Positions 19,563-29,429 of a DNA stretch of 64,000 nt are shown here, piece by piece. A model generated the notes under the pieces. The model worked only from the letters and a program-made list of their open reading frames with translations, did not search any database and was not told where the DNA came from. The DNA comes from an uncultured Poribacteria bacterium (GTDB lineage Bacteria; Poribacteria; WGA-4E; WGA-3G). The DNA is taken from NCBI GenBank assembly GCA_958296135.2, contig CATQHZ020000001.1, positions 448,001 through 512,000 of the forward strand. The letters are read 5' to 3'. Each line of letters begins with the position of its first letter. The stretch's first letter is position 1. A program made the translations under genes and the position numbers.

Positions 19563-20312
19563 TTAAAACGGGTTCGGCACCGTGGTGAAATGATGACACC
19601 GGTCTTCGCCGCGGAGGAGGATGGGTTTCCAAGGCCGTTTCAACGAATTCGCTTCCGCCTGTCGCACCGAGGGCGGGATATAGCGAATAGTGAGGCCGCA
19701 CCGCCGCCGGGTGGAATGATTTGGAAGACTTCCGTGAATGAGAGAGCCGTGGTGTATGGACATTTCGCCGGCTTTCAGCACCAGATCAGCTGCGGATGCC
19801 GCGGCTTCTTCCGTAACCGGCACCTCTTGATTGATGCTAAGCAGATTCCCATCGCGTGCAGACGTGCCGTGCGTCCGGATGCCGTCCCGGTGGCTGCCGG
19901 GAATCACTTGCATGCATCCGTTGCCGGTGTCGCTGTCATCGACTGCGTACCAGGCCGTGACTGCCTCCGGCGGTTCGAGCCCCCAATAGGTTACGTCTTG
20001 GTGCCATGCGACAAACTTCTCGCGTGGGCCATATTTACAGAAGAAGTGCGTGGCGAGCAGCATGACATCGGGGCCGATGAGTGCTTCAATGACATCGATA
20101 ATGTTGGGATGCGTGGCGAGTTCCCAGATAAAGCGATGTTCAAAATGCCAATCGACGAGTCCGATTTCGCATTTCTCCGCGCCGACTTCGGCCTCCAATG
20201 CGTTGTAAGCGTCTTGATAGCGCGCTGCATCGGGGGCATCGGCGACGTGGATGCCGGTTAAAAATCCATCGTGTTGGTATGTCTCTGCGAGAGAGCGTTT
20301 CGTGTGTTGCAT
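19563..20312 (-). CDS. Phytanoyl-CoA dioxygenase (PhyH) family Fe/2OG enzyme
   Basis: WHQD, GCMQVIPGSH and HGSLPNHS..RRCG motifs; own AAGGAG RBS before the ATG at 20312. Confidence 0.85.
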   Translation of the reverse strand: MQHTKRSLAETYQHDGFLTGIHVADAPDAARYQDAYNALEAEVGAEKCEIGLVDWHFEHRFIWELATHPNIIDVIEALIGPDVMLLATHFFCKYGPREKFVAWHQDVTYWGLEPPEAVTAWYAVDDSDTGNGCMQVIPGSHRDGIRTHGTSARDGNLLSINQEVPVTEEAAASAADLVLKAGEMSIHHGSLIHGSLPNHSTRRRCGLTIRYIPPSVRQAEANSLKRPWKPILLRGEDRCHHFTTVPNPF

Positions 20313-21257
20313 GATATTCTCCTTGCTCACCTTTACCTTAGGGGCCGGGGGCGTTTTCGCCGCGCGCGACCTCGAGGGTTTGTCCCTTGCGCGTTGAACC
20401 ATGTTCAATTTTTCAGAAATCTTTTTGGCACCGGCGAGGCGAGGATACACCTCAAACGCTAATTGCAACACCTCGCGTGCCTCCGGTAACCGATTGATTT
20501 CGACATAGAATTCCGCGATTTTTTTGTATATCCACGCCGTTTCCTGTTTCGGCAGATGTAACGCCTGCACTTTTTCGAGTGGGATGCTCCCGATGTGTCG
20601 GTGTCCTTCTACGCTGAAATGGAACAGATATATCGTTTTCAAGCGTTCCTTAACTTCTCGAGTGAAGTGCCGGAAACAGGGACGCTGCGCTTCGGCGGCG
20701 AGCAGGGATTCATATATCGCCATTGCGCGTTCGCAGTAGTAGCGCGGGGGCCTGTCTCCTGCGGTGCCGACGCGCCCAGGGCATCCCCGCTTTTGAAACG
20801 CAATCTTCTCATACGCTTCGGCGACGAGGAATTCGCAGTCGCGGCTCTCCTCATAACTCAACACCGCATCAAGGTTTCCGACTCCCTCTTTCTCCGCTAA
20901 GTGCTGCAGCAGCTGTTCATAGAGCGAAATTCCTGTCTCATAGTTGCGCTGGAGCAGTGCCTGAAATAGCACTTCCACTGCTGCCTCGGTATCGCTCAGG
21001 TTGCTATAGGCGGTTCGATGTCCGGCGAGCGATTTTCTCTCTGCTGCGCGGAGCATTCTGTCGTAGTCAGCTTTCTGCTTTGCATCGCGCAGGACGGTGT
21101 AGGCGCGCCAGATGCGGCGAAACATTCGCGCGGCGGCGCGTTCTGGGTTTTTATCGGGATGGTAGCGTTTCGCGAGGTTGCGGAATGCCTGTTTAATTTC
21201 CGCCGCTGTCGCGTCCCTATCAATCTCTAAGAGGGCGTAGTAGTCCAGCGCGCTCAC
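19563..21257 (-). CDS. DnaJ-domain/TPR-like protein reading through in frame into the PhyH gene
   Basis: J domain (DYYALL...YHPDKN) and no stop codon before the PhyH start. Confidence 0.65.
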   Translation of the reverse strand: MSALDYYALLEIDRDATAAEIKQAFRNLAKRYHPDKNPERAAARMFRRIWRAYTVLRDAKQKADYDRMLRAAERKSLAGHRTAYSNLSDTEAAVEVLFQALLQRNYETGISLYEQLLQHLAEKEGVGNLDAVLSYEESRDCEFLVAEAYEKIAFQKRGCPGRVGTAGDRPPRYYCERAMAIYESLLAAEAQRPCFRHFTREVKERLKTIYLFHFSVEGHRHIGSIPLEKVQALHLPKQETAWIYKKIAEFYVEINRLPEAREVLQLAFEVYPRLAGAKKISEKLNMVQRARDKPSRSRAAKTPPAPKVKVSKENIMQHTKRSLAETYQHDGFLTGIHVADAPDAARYQDAYNALEAEVGAEKCEIGLVDWHFEHRFIWELATHPNIIDVIEALIGPDVMLLATHFFCKYGPREKFVAWHQDVTYWGLEPPEAVTAWYAVDDSDTGNGCMQVIPGSHRDGIRTHGTSARDGNLLSINQEVPVTEEAAASAADLVLKAGEMSIHHGSLIHGSLPNHSTRRRCGLTIRYIPPSVRQAEANSLKRPWKPILLRGEDRCHHFTTVPNPF

Positions 21258-24200
21258 GATAGCACCTCTCGTAGGAACCGGCCCGTGTGCGATGTCGCCA
21301 CCGCCGCAATTTCTTCCGGTGTGCCGGTGGCGACAATGTAGCCGCCGCCTTTGCTCCCCTCCGGTCCTAAATCGATAACCCAGTCGGCGGCTTTGATTAC
21401 GTCGAGGTTGTGTTCCACGGCGATAATCGTATTGCCTGCATCGACGAGTCGGTTCAGCACTTTCAGCAGTTTCTGGACATCGTCAAAGTGTAATCCTGTC
21501 GTCGGTTCATCCATGATGTAAAGCGTTGAGCCGATGTTCCGTCGCGAGAGCTCCTTGGCGAGTTTGACGCGCTGTGCCTCTCCGCCGGAAAGCGTTGTCG
21601 CCGATTGTCCTAATTGCAGATAGTCCAACCCGACGGCGGCGAGGACTTCAAGCGGGTGCCGGATGTTGTCAATATCCCTGAACACCTCAAGTGCCTCCCC
21701 CACCGTCAACTGCAACACCTCGGCGATGTTTTTGCCTTTATACCTCACCGAGAGCGTTTCAGCGTTGTAGCCGGTGCTGCCGCACGCCTCGCACGGCATC
21801 CAGACATCGGGGAGGAAGTGCATCTCGATGCGGTTGAACCGGTGTCCATCGCATCGCTCGCATTGCCCGTAGTTGAGATTGAAACTGAACCGGGCCCTGT
21901 CAAAACCAAGGGCGCGCGCCTCCGGCTGTGCGGCGAACACCGCGCGGATTTTGGTGAATAACTCGGTGTAGGTTGCCGGATTTGAACGCGGTGTCTCGCC
22001 AATCGGTTTCTGATCTACGTTAATGAGCCGCTTGATTGCGGACACGCCTCGGATGTTTCGATAGACAGGGTTTCCCTGCTGGTGCTTTTCTGCCAGGGCC
22101 CGCCGGTAGCGTTCAAAATCAAATTCGGCATCCGCATCGCTAGTCTGGACAGTGCGTCGGTTTTCCAGCGCGGGCCGAAGTGTCCCATCGACAAGTGAAC
22201 TTTTCCCACACCCGGAAACGCCTGTCACACAAATGAGCATGCCTAACGGAAACGCGACATCAATGTCTTTCAGGTTGTTTGTCTGCACACCGGTGAGCGT
22301 GAGTGCCTTGCCCGTACCTTTGCGCCGAGTTTTCGGCACCGGAATCTCCAACGCATCAGCGAGGTAGGCGTGCGTCAGTGAACGGTTTCCGTTTTCCCCG
22401 ATTCCGTAGCGCGAGGGAAACTTGTCCCCCGCTACGTTTCCACTGGCCGTGAATGCCTGCGGTTCGCCGGTTGCGACAATTTCACCGCCGTGTTCGCCTG
22501 CCCGCGGCCCGAAATCAACAAGATGGTCTGACGCTAGCATCGTGTCTCTATCGTGTTCGACGACGATGACGCTATTGCCGATATCGCGCAGAGCCTTCAT
22601 CGCGGCGATGAGCCGCTCCTGGTCGCGGGGGTGCAGCCCGATGCTCGGTTCATCGAGGATGTAGGTAACCCCGGTGAGTCCACTGCCGAGTTGGCTGGCG
22701 AGCCGAATGCGGCGGATTTCGCCGCCGGAGAGCGTTGGTGCCGGCCGTTCTAATTCCAGGTAGCCGAGCCCGATATCGTCAAGGAACCGGAGCCGTGTCT
22801 GAATCTGGCGAAGAATCTCTGCCTCAAATTCCGGCGATGTATGCGCGTGAAGGGACGGATGCGTCGCTCGGGAGGTGACTGGCCCGGTGAGTTCCGTCAC
22901 GGTAGGAGTCATCTCCTCTGCGTTGCGAGTCTCCGCCGCAATTCCCTTGATTCTTTCGTCGAAGAATTGGAGAATCTCCGTAATGGACATGTTCATCACT
23001 TCGGCGATGGTTTTCTTGCAGAACCTAACATGGCTAGGGAAGGGTTGGAGTCGGCTGCCGGCGCATTCAAGGCAGTTCTCTGGCGGTTCCCCGGCGAGTG
23101 TCTTCGTCAGTGTCGTCAGGGAGGCGCGTCTGCCGAGTCCGTCGCAATGAGTGCACGCGCCCAGTTTGTTGTTAAAGGAGAAATGACGCGGCGTGAGTTG
23201 CGGGAAATTATTGCCACAAGATGGGCAGACAGCGTGTTCGCTTTTTTGTATGTCGCGAGGCGTTCGGCTGCTTCCCTGGTGCGATGCCGTTTCCTTTTGG
23301 GTGCTGCTCTTAAAGATAACAAACCCGTGGCCTTGTTTTAGTGCGAGCTCTACTGCTTCGGTGAAACGGCTTTTCTCTATATCCACCAATTCCACCCGGT
23401 CGATGACAAGTAACACTTCCTGTCGGATGCCTTTGTGGAGGGCTGGTGCTTCATCGAGGCGGTGCAGTTTGCCGTTGACTTGGACGCGCGCGAACCCTTC
23501 CTTTTGCAGCCGTCGAAATGCGTCTTCGTAATCCTCGTTGGCTTTTAAACCGGGGGTGCCATCAATATCCATGCCGATGTTTGGGCTGTGCAGCCGATAA
23601 TTGGTGAGGGGTGCGAGAACATCGACGCGGTTGCCGTGCATTTCTTCAAACACCGTATCGGCGATTTCCTGCGCGGTCTGGGGACGCACCGGTTCCAGAC
23701 AAGCGGGGCAGCGCGGCTGTCCCCATCTGGCATAAAGGGTGCGGAGTCCATCGTGGATTTCGGTAATCGTTGCGACGGTGGAGCGTGGATTCTGAGTGGG
23801 GCTCGTATGCGAAATGGCGATGGCTGGGGACAAACCTTCAATCTTCGCTACCTTCGGTTTCTCCATTTGCCCGATAAACTGCCGTGCGTAGGTATTCAGC
23901 GTCTCAATGTACCGGCGTTGCCCTTCGGCGTAGAGGGTATCCAATGCGAGTGAGGTTTTGCCGGAGCCGCTTACACCGGTGAGGGCGGTAAGTTTGCCGT
24001 GCGGGATGTCAATGTCAATGTTTTTAAGGTTATTTTCCTCAGCCCCGCGCACAACGATAGCACCGTGCTCCCAAACATCCCCAACATTGGAGCCCGAAAA
24101 CGTTGATGACGGATGACGTAAGTCCCTGTGCTCATTGCGAACGCCGAAAGAGCCGCGGAGTGCCTGTCCGGTGTAAGATTCAGGGACTTCGGCGACTTCC

Positions 24201-27127
24201 TCCGGTGTGCCGACAGCGACGATGTTACCGCCGTTCACGCCGCCTTCGGGGCCTAAATCGATAAGATAATCGGCGGAGTGAATGACTTCAAGGTTGTGTT
24301 CTACGACGATGACGGTGTTGCCGGCCTCGACGAGCCGGTGGAGGATAGCGAGCAACTTATTGACATCGTCAAAGTGCAGTCCTGTTGTCGGTTCATCGAG
24401 CAGATAGAGCGTCTTGCCTGTGCTCCGTTTGGCGAGTTCGCGGGACAATTTAATCCGCTGTGCTTCACCGCCGGAGAGCGTTGGCGCGGGTTGTCCGAGT
24501 TTAATGTAATCTAGCCCGACATCGTGGAGCAGCTGCAACGGTTTAGCAATTTTGGGGATGTCAGCGAAGTGCGCGAGGGCAACATCAACATCCATCTCTA
24601 GTACATCGGCGATGCTTTTGTCTTTGTATGTGACGGTGAGCGTCTCGCTGTTGTAGCGGTGTCCTTCACACAATTCGCACTCCACCCAGACATCGGAGAG
24701 CAGGCCCATGTCCACCTTTTTCGCGCCGTTTCCGCTGCACGCTTCACATCTGCCGCCGGTGACGTTGAAACTGAACCGTCCGGGTTTATAGCCGCGCAGT
24801 TTGGCCTCGGGTAGGGTGGCATAGAAGGCGCGAATTGCGTCGAACACCTTCGTATAGGTAGCGGGATTGGAGCGGGGCGTGCGCCCGATGGGTGCCATGT
24901 CGATGTGGATAATTTTGTCAATCACCTCCGAGACAGGTACCGTTTTCTCTTTTGCGACGATGGCTTCGTTTCCGGTAGCGCGCGGGACACCTGTCCCTCG
25001 CGATTGGTTTTCTGTCAGGACCAGCCCTTGAATCTTTTCGTATGCCCCCGGTACCGTCTTTGCGCGCATTAAGTCGCGGGCGAGCGCGTTGTAGAGGATA
25101 TCGTGGATGAGCGAGCTCTTTCCGGAGCCGCTTACGCCTGTGACACAACACAGTGTGCCGAGTGGGATTCTCGGATGAATGCCTTTGAGATTGTTTTGGC
25201 GCGCGCCGCAGATTTGCACCCACTTTTCGTTGCCGGGCCGGCGCGATGCGGGTTGCACTATCTGCTTGTCCCCGCGCAGGTATTGTGCCGTGAGGGAATC
25301 GCTCTCGTCGCGGATTTGTGCTGGGGTGCCCATTGCGGTGATGGTGCCGCCCTTTAGGCCTGCCCCGGGTCCGAAATCGACTATCCAGTCGGCGATGTGC
25401 ATCGTCGCCTCATCATGTTCCACGACGACGACGGTGTTGCCTTGGTTGCGCAGGTTGATGAGCGTTGCGAGCAGTCCGGCGTGGTCCCGGGGATGTAGGC
25501 CGATGCTGGGTTCATCGAGAACGTAAGTCACATCGCGGAGCCCTGCGCCGACTTGACTGGCGAGCCGGATGCGCTGCGATTCGCCGCCGGAGAGCGTCGG
25601 CGCGGAACGGGCCAGCGTGAGATAGCCTAACCCGACGCGCAGGAGGAACCCGAGCCGCCCGCGCACCTCTTTTAACAATTCGGCGGCGATGAATGCCTCA
25701 CGCGTGGGAAGTTCAAGCGCGTTGAAGAAGGCGGCTGCCTCTTCAACAGACATGGCTAACACGTCCGTGATAGGCGTGCCGTTGAGGGTGACAGCATTGA
25801 CAGCGGGCTTGAGGCGGCTGCCGTTGCACTCGCGGCAGGGGACATTGACAAAAAAGTCGGGCAAAGCGTCTTCGGCCATCTCGTGATATACATGTTCCTG
25901 CGCGGGGATGACACCCTGAAATCGGCCGCGATATCGGCGGAGGCGGTTACTGCCTTTAGCGGGCAATTGTGTAAAGGGGAGCGAGGTATCGCCGGTGCCG
26001 TAAAGGATGGCGTGCTGTTGTTCAGCGGTGAGTTCCTTCCACGGCGCGTCCACGTCAAAGCCGAGGTGTAGGGCGAGCGCGTGGATGACAGCCATCTGTT
26101 TCACATCCGGCTTCCCCCACAGTGTGAGGGCCCCCTCTGGGATAGAGCGTGTTTCGTCCGGTACGACGAGCGCGGGGGCGATGCCTTTTTGCGTGCCTAA
26201 GCCTTTGCATGCCTCGCATTGCCCTTCAGGAGTGTTGAAGGAGAAGTGGCGCGGTTCTGGGACTTCATAACTGACTTTGCACTGCCCGCACGCATATTGG
26301 GTGCTGAAAAGCCGTTCTTCGCCAGCATCATCTGATGCAGTAGGCGCGCCCCCCCGGCCACGATGCCCGCGCGCCCTTTCCGCAGTCCCTCGCGAGGTTT
26401 CCGCCCTAACAACGTGAACAATCAGGCTGCCGTCTCCAAGTTTCAGCCCTGTCTCCACAGCCTCGGCGACGCGGGATTCAATTCCCTCCTTGACGATAAT
26501 CCTGTCCACCACGATGTCAATATCGTGGCGTTGATTGGGATTGAGGGACATTTCGGAGCGGAGTTCATGGATATCGCCATCAATCCGGGCGCGCACGAAG
26601 CCTGCTTTCAGTGCATCAGCGAGTTCTCTACGATGTGCGCCGCGCCGTCTTCTCACCAGTGGGGCTAAGATGAGGAGCCGCGTGCGCGGCGGAAGGCTGA
26701 GAATTGCGTTCTGAATATCATTGGTGCTTTGTGAACCTACCGGCTGTCCACATTCGGGACAGTGAAATTGCCCTGCGCGGGCGTACAAGACACGCAGGTA
26801 ATCGTATATTTCAGTAACAGTAGCAACGGTAGAACGCGGATTGTGTCCGGTTGAACCCTGGTCGATGGCAATAGAGGGCGACAGCCCGACAATCTCGTCA
26901 ACCTCCGGTTTGCGGAGTTGCCCCAAAAACTGGCGTGCATACGCGGAGAGCGATTCGATGTAGCGGCGTTGTCCTTCCGCATACAGCGTATCCATCGCGA
27001 GCGAGGATTTGCCGGAACCGCTCACGCCGGTGAAAACAATCAACTTCTCTTTGGGGAGCCGGATATTGATGTTTTTTAGGTTATGTTCTCTCGCGCCGTG
27101 GATATCAATAGTGGTGTGTTTTTCCAT
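21254..27127 (-). CDS. uvrA: Excinuclease ABC subunit A, double-length (two UvrA units)
   Basis: Four Walker A motifs (GVSGSGKS x2, GVSGSGKT, GVSGCGKS), four LSGGE signatures, CxxC zinc sites; 1957 aa. Confidence 0.95.
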   Translation of the reverse strand: MEKHTTIDIHGAREHNLKNINIRLPKEKLIVFTGVSGSGKSSLAMDTLYAEGQRRYIESLSAYARQFLGQLRKPEVDEIVGLSPSIAIDQGSTGHNPRSTVATVTEIYDYLRVLYARAGQFHCPECGQPVGSQSTNDIQNAILSLPPRTRLLILAPLVRRRRGAHRRELADALKAGFVRARIDGDIHELRSEMSLNPNQRHDIDIVVDRIIVKEGIESRVAEAVETGLKLGDGSLIVHVVRAETSRGTAERARGHRGRGGAPTASDDAGEERLFSTQYACGQCKVSYEVPEPRHFSFNTPEGQCEACKGLGTQKGIAPALVVPDETRSIPEGALTLWGKPDVKQMAVIHALALHLGFDVDAPWKELTAEQQHAILYGTGDTSLPFTQLPAKGSNRLRRYRGRFQGVIPAQEHVYHEMAEDALPDFFVNVPCRECNGSRLKPAVNAVTLNGTPITDVLAMSVEEAAAFFNALELPTREAFIAAELLKEVRGRLGFLLRVGLGYLTLARSAPTLSGGESQRIRLASQVGAGLRDVTYVLDEPSIGLHPRDHAGLLATLINLRNQGNTVVVVEHDEATMHIADWIVDFGPGAGLKGGTITAMGTPAQIRDESDSLTAQYLRGDKQIVQPASRRPGNEKWVQICGARQNNLKGIHPRIPLGTLCCVTGVSGSGKSSLIHDILYNALARDLMRAKTVPGAYEKIQGLVLTENQSRGTGVPRATGNEAIVAKEKTVPVSEVIDKIIHIDMAPIGRTPRSNPATYTKVFDAIRAFYATLPEAKLRGYKPGRFSFNVTGGRCEACSGNGAKKVDMGLLSDVWVECELCEGHRYNSETLTVTYKDKSIADVLEMDVDVALAHFADIPKIAKPLQLLHDVGLDYIKLGQPAPTLSGGEAQRIKLSRELAKRSTGKTLYLLDEPTTGLHFDDVNKLLAILHRLVEAGNTVIVVEHNLEVIHSADYLIDLGPEGGVNGGNIVAVGTPEEVAEVPESYTGQALRGSFGVRNEHRDLRHPSSTFSGSNVGDVWEHGAIVVRGAEENNLKNIDIDIPHGKLTALTGVSGSGKTSLALDTLYAEGQRRYIETLNTYARQFIGQMEKPKVAKIEGLSPAIAISHTSPTQNPRSTVATITEIHDGLRTLYARWGQPRCPACLEPVRPQTAQEIADTVFEEMHGNRVDVLAPLTNYRLHSPNIGMDIDGTPGLKANEDYEDAFRRLQKEGFARVQVNGKLHRLDEAPALHKGIRQEVLLVIDRVELVDIEKSRFTEAVELALKQGHGFVIFKSSTQKETASHQGSSRTPRDIQKSEHAVCPSCGNNFPQLTPRHFSFNNKLGACTHCDGLGRRASLTTLTKTLAGEPPENCLECAGSRLQPFPSHVRFCKKTIAEVMNMSITEILQFFDERIKGIAAETRNAEEMTPTVTELTGPVTSRATHPSLHAHTSPEFEAEILRQIQTRLRFLDDIGLGYLELERPAPTLSGGEIRRIRLASQLGSGLTGVTYILDEPSIGLHPRDQERLIAAMKALRDIGNSVIVVEHDRDTMLASDHLVDFGPRAGEHGGEIVATGEPQAFTASGNVAGDKFPSRYGIGENGNRSLTHAYLADALEIPVPKTRRKGTGKALTLTGVQTNNLKDIDVAFPLGMLICVTGVSGCGKSSLVDGTLRPALENRRTVQTSDADAEFDFERYRRALAEKHQQGNPVYRNIRGVSAIKRLINVDQKPIGETPRSNPATYTELFTKIRAVFAAQPEARALGFDRARFSFNLNYGQCERCDGHRFNRIEMHFLPDVWMPCEACGSTGYNAETLSVRYKGKNIAEVLQLTVGEALEVFRDIDNIRHPLEVLAAVGLDYLQLGQSATTLSGGEAQRVKLAKELSRRNIGSTLYIMDEPTTGLHFDDVQKLLKVLNRLVDAGNTIIAVEHNLDVIKAADWVIDLGPEGSKGGGYIVATGTPEEIAAVATSHTGRFLREVLS

Positions 27128-27202
27128 TTTTTGTTTGTCGTGCTGTTGCGAGGGGCGCCCTCGGCGATTCGTGCTCGCCGGGTTTTCCCTCGCGCTACGG
27201 AC

Positions 27203-28168
27203 TCAGTGGATGCCACCGATATCCCTCAATTGTCGTATGTCTTGCCGCCACGCCGTTTTTACCGAGACGTAAAGTTCCAAGAAGACGCGGGCATCAAGAA
27301 ATTTTTCGATATCCCGCCGTGCTTGCTCGCCGATGCGTTTGATGAGCGTTCCGCCTTTGCCAATAAGAATGCCTTTCTGTGTCTGCCGTTCTGCGTAGAC
27401 GATGGCGCGGATGTAAATCATACCTGTGTCGCGCCGCTGGAATTCCTCAACGACGACAGCGGTGCTATAGGGTACTTCGCGTTGCGTGAGGAGCATCACT
27501 TTCTCCCTCACGGTTTCGGCGATGAAAAAGCGTTCCGGTAAATCGCTTACCTGTTCTTCGGGAAAATAGCGGGGCCCCGGGGGCAAAGCGTCCTGAACCT
27601 GCGTCATGAGGAGCGGCAGTCCATCTTGCGTGCGTGCGGAAATCGGTATCATCGCGGCGAAGTCATACCGCGCGCCGTAACCCGCGAGTATCGGGAGAAG
27701 CCTCTCTTTTGCAACCAGATCGACTTTGTTGAGAGCAAGAATCGTTGGCGCGTTGGTTCGGCGGAGGCGCGCGAGAATCTGACGTTCATTGCCTTCTCCC
27801 TCTTGCAGTTCGCCAGTAGGCGTGAGCCGCGCGCGAGAGACATCGATGACGAAGAGGACGACATCGGCACCGCCTAACGCATTGTAAGCGGCTTTCACCA
27901 TCTCCGTGTGCAATCGGTATTTGGTAACATCCATCAGCCCGGGCGTGTCAACAAAAATGATTTGGTGCGTATCGGTGGAGACGATGCCGCGAATCTGGTG
28001 GCGGGTTGTCTGCGGCTTCGGGGTGACGATAGCTAATTTTTGCCCGAGCAGCGCATTGAGCAGCGTCGATTTCCCAACGTTGGGCCTGCCGATGATGCTG
28101 ACGTAACCGGATGTGAAGTTTTCGTTTTTTGTGTTGTTTCTAGCGGTGGTTTGGCTTTCGCTTTGCAT
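27203..28168 (-). CDS. era: GTPase Era
   Basis: GRPNVGKST, PQTTR, DTPG, NKVD, EVPY and the KH motif GILIGKGG. Confidence 0.95.
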   Translation of the reverse strand: MQSESQTTARNNTKNENFTSGYVSIIGRPNVGKSTLLNALLGQKLAIVTPKPQTTRHQIRGIVSTDTHQIIFVDTPGLMDVTKYRLHTEMVKAAYNALGGADVVLFVIDVSRARLTPTGELQEGEGNERQILARLRRTNAPTILALNKVDLVAKERLLPILAGYGARYDFAAMIPISARTQDGLPLLMTQVQDALPPGPRYFPEEQVSDLPERFFIAETVREKVMLLTQREVPYSTAVVVEEFQRRDTGMIYIRAIVYAERQTQKGILIGKGGTLIKRIGEQARRDIEKFLDARVFLELYVSVKTAWRQDIRQLRDIGGIH

Positions 28169-28258
28169 CGGATGTTTCCTTGACGTTGTCAAGACTTGCA
28201 GTTCTGATTTTGCTATAGGGTGCGATTGCATATATTATACGTTATTTTTTTACGATTG

Positions 28259-29305
28259 TCAAATCTTTTTTTCGGCGGATACGGCTTCGATTTTTTGGCG
28301 TGTCGGCATTGAAGGTGTCGCGCCGAGGGTGGTGACGGCCGCTGCGCCTGCCGCATTCGCAAACCTGACAGCCTCTCGCAGGCTCTCACCAGATGCCAGC
28401 GCGGTCGCGAGCGCGCCACAAAACGCGTCCCCCGCGCCGGTTGTATCAACCACCTCAACGGGGAGCGCGGGAATTACCTCGGACATCTCTGCTGTCAGCA
28501 ATAATGCGCCGCGTTCGCCTAGTGTTAGTATAACAGATGTTGCGGCATCGCGAGGGACAAGCTCTCGCGCTACGGGGCCGGCTGGCGTTTCTGCCGCGCG
28601 CGTGAGAGCGCGAGGGACAGGCCCTCGCGCTACGGGGTCGGGGGACGTTTCCGCCGAGAAGTCGCGATCGCGAGGGACAGGCCCTCGCGCTACCGAACCG
28701 GGGGCGGTTGTCACTGGCATTCCTGTCAGCAATGCCGCCTCGGATTCGTTGGGAATGATGATGTCAACGTGCGCGAGGAGGCTGTCGGGTAGGGGTTGTG
28801 CAGGTGCCGGATTGAGTAGCACGGTTGTACCGTTCGCCTGCGCAATCGCTGCGGCGCGTTCGGATGCAGGAATTGGGGTTTCCAATTGCAAGAGCAACAC
28901 CTCCGCCTCGGCGATGCAGGCGGCGGCTGCCTCAATATCTGCCGGTGTTAACGTCATATTGGCGCGCGGCACAACGATGATGCTGTTTTCGCCGCTCGGT
29001 TCAACGACGATAGTTGCTACGCCGGTGCCGACTTCGGCGCGCTTTATCCTGCCATCGATCTGCTCCGCAGCCACCGCCGAGAGGAGCATCTCCGCGAAAA
29101 CATCTGTCCCGACGCAGCCGATAAGGGTGACATCCGCGCCTAATCGCGCCGCGGCGGTGGCCTGATTAAAGCCTTTGCCGCCGGTGAAGATATCAAACGC
29201 ATCGCCGATGAGCGTCTCGCCTTTCTGTGGATACCGAGGGGCGCGGCTCACCAGATCGATGTTCAGGCTGCCGACGACTGTGACTTTGGGTTTTGGATGA
29301 TTCAT
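28259..29305 (-). CDS. rbsK: Ribokinase with in-frame REP-derived insertion
   Basis: GSLNIDL, GGKG.NQA, QLE, NPAP, PNESE and DTTGAGDAF motifs. Confidence 0.92.
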   Translation of the reverse strand: MNHPKPKVTVVGSLNIDLVSRAPRYPQKGETLIGDAFDIFTGGKGFNQATAAARLGADVTLIGCVGTDVFAEMLLSAVAAEQIDGRIKRAEVGTGVATIVVEPSGENSIIVVPRANMTLTPADIEAAAACIAEAEVLLLQLETPIPASERAAAIAQANGTTVLLNPAPAQPLPDSLLAHVDIIIPNESEAALLTGMPVTTAPGSVARGPVPRDRDFSAETSPDPVARGPVPRALTRAAETPAGPVARELVPRDAATSVILTLGERGALLLTAEMSEVIPALPVEVVDTTGAGDAFCGALATALASGESLREAVRFANAAGAAAVTTLGATPSMPTRQKIEAVSAEKKI

Positions 29306-29429
29306 GTTTTTTATTTTTCCGGACGGTTAAGAACATAACCTTAGCGTTGGATTGCGGGATTGTGTCGCGCGCAGTCATTTGTTTTAAGGATACCACAAAC
29401 GGGGGATTTTGTCAAATTTTTTTGGAAGT

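Noticed and set aside
28113-29165. 350-aa plus-strand ORF
   Set aside because: It is the antisense shadow of rbsK with no protein-like motifs.
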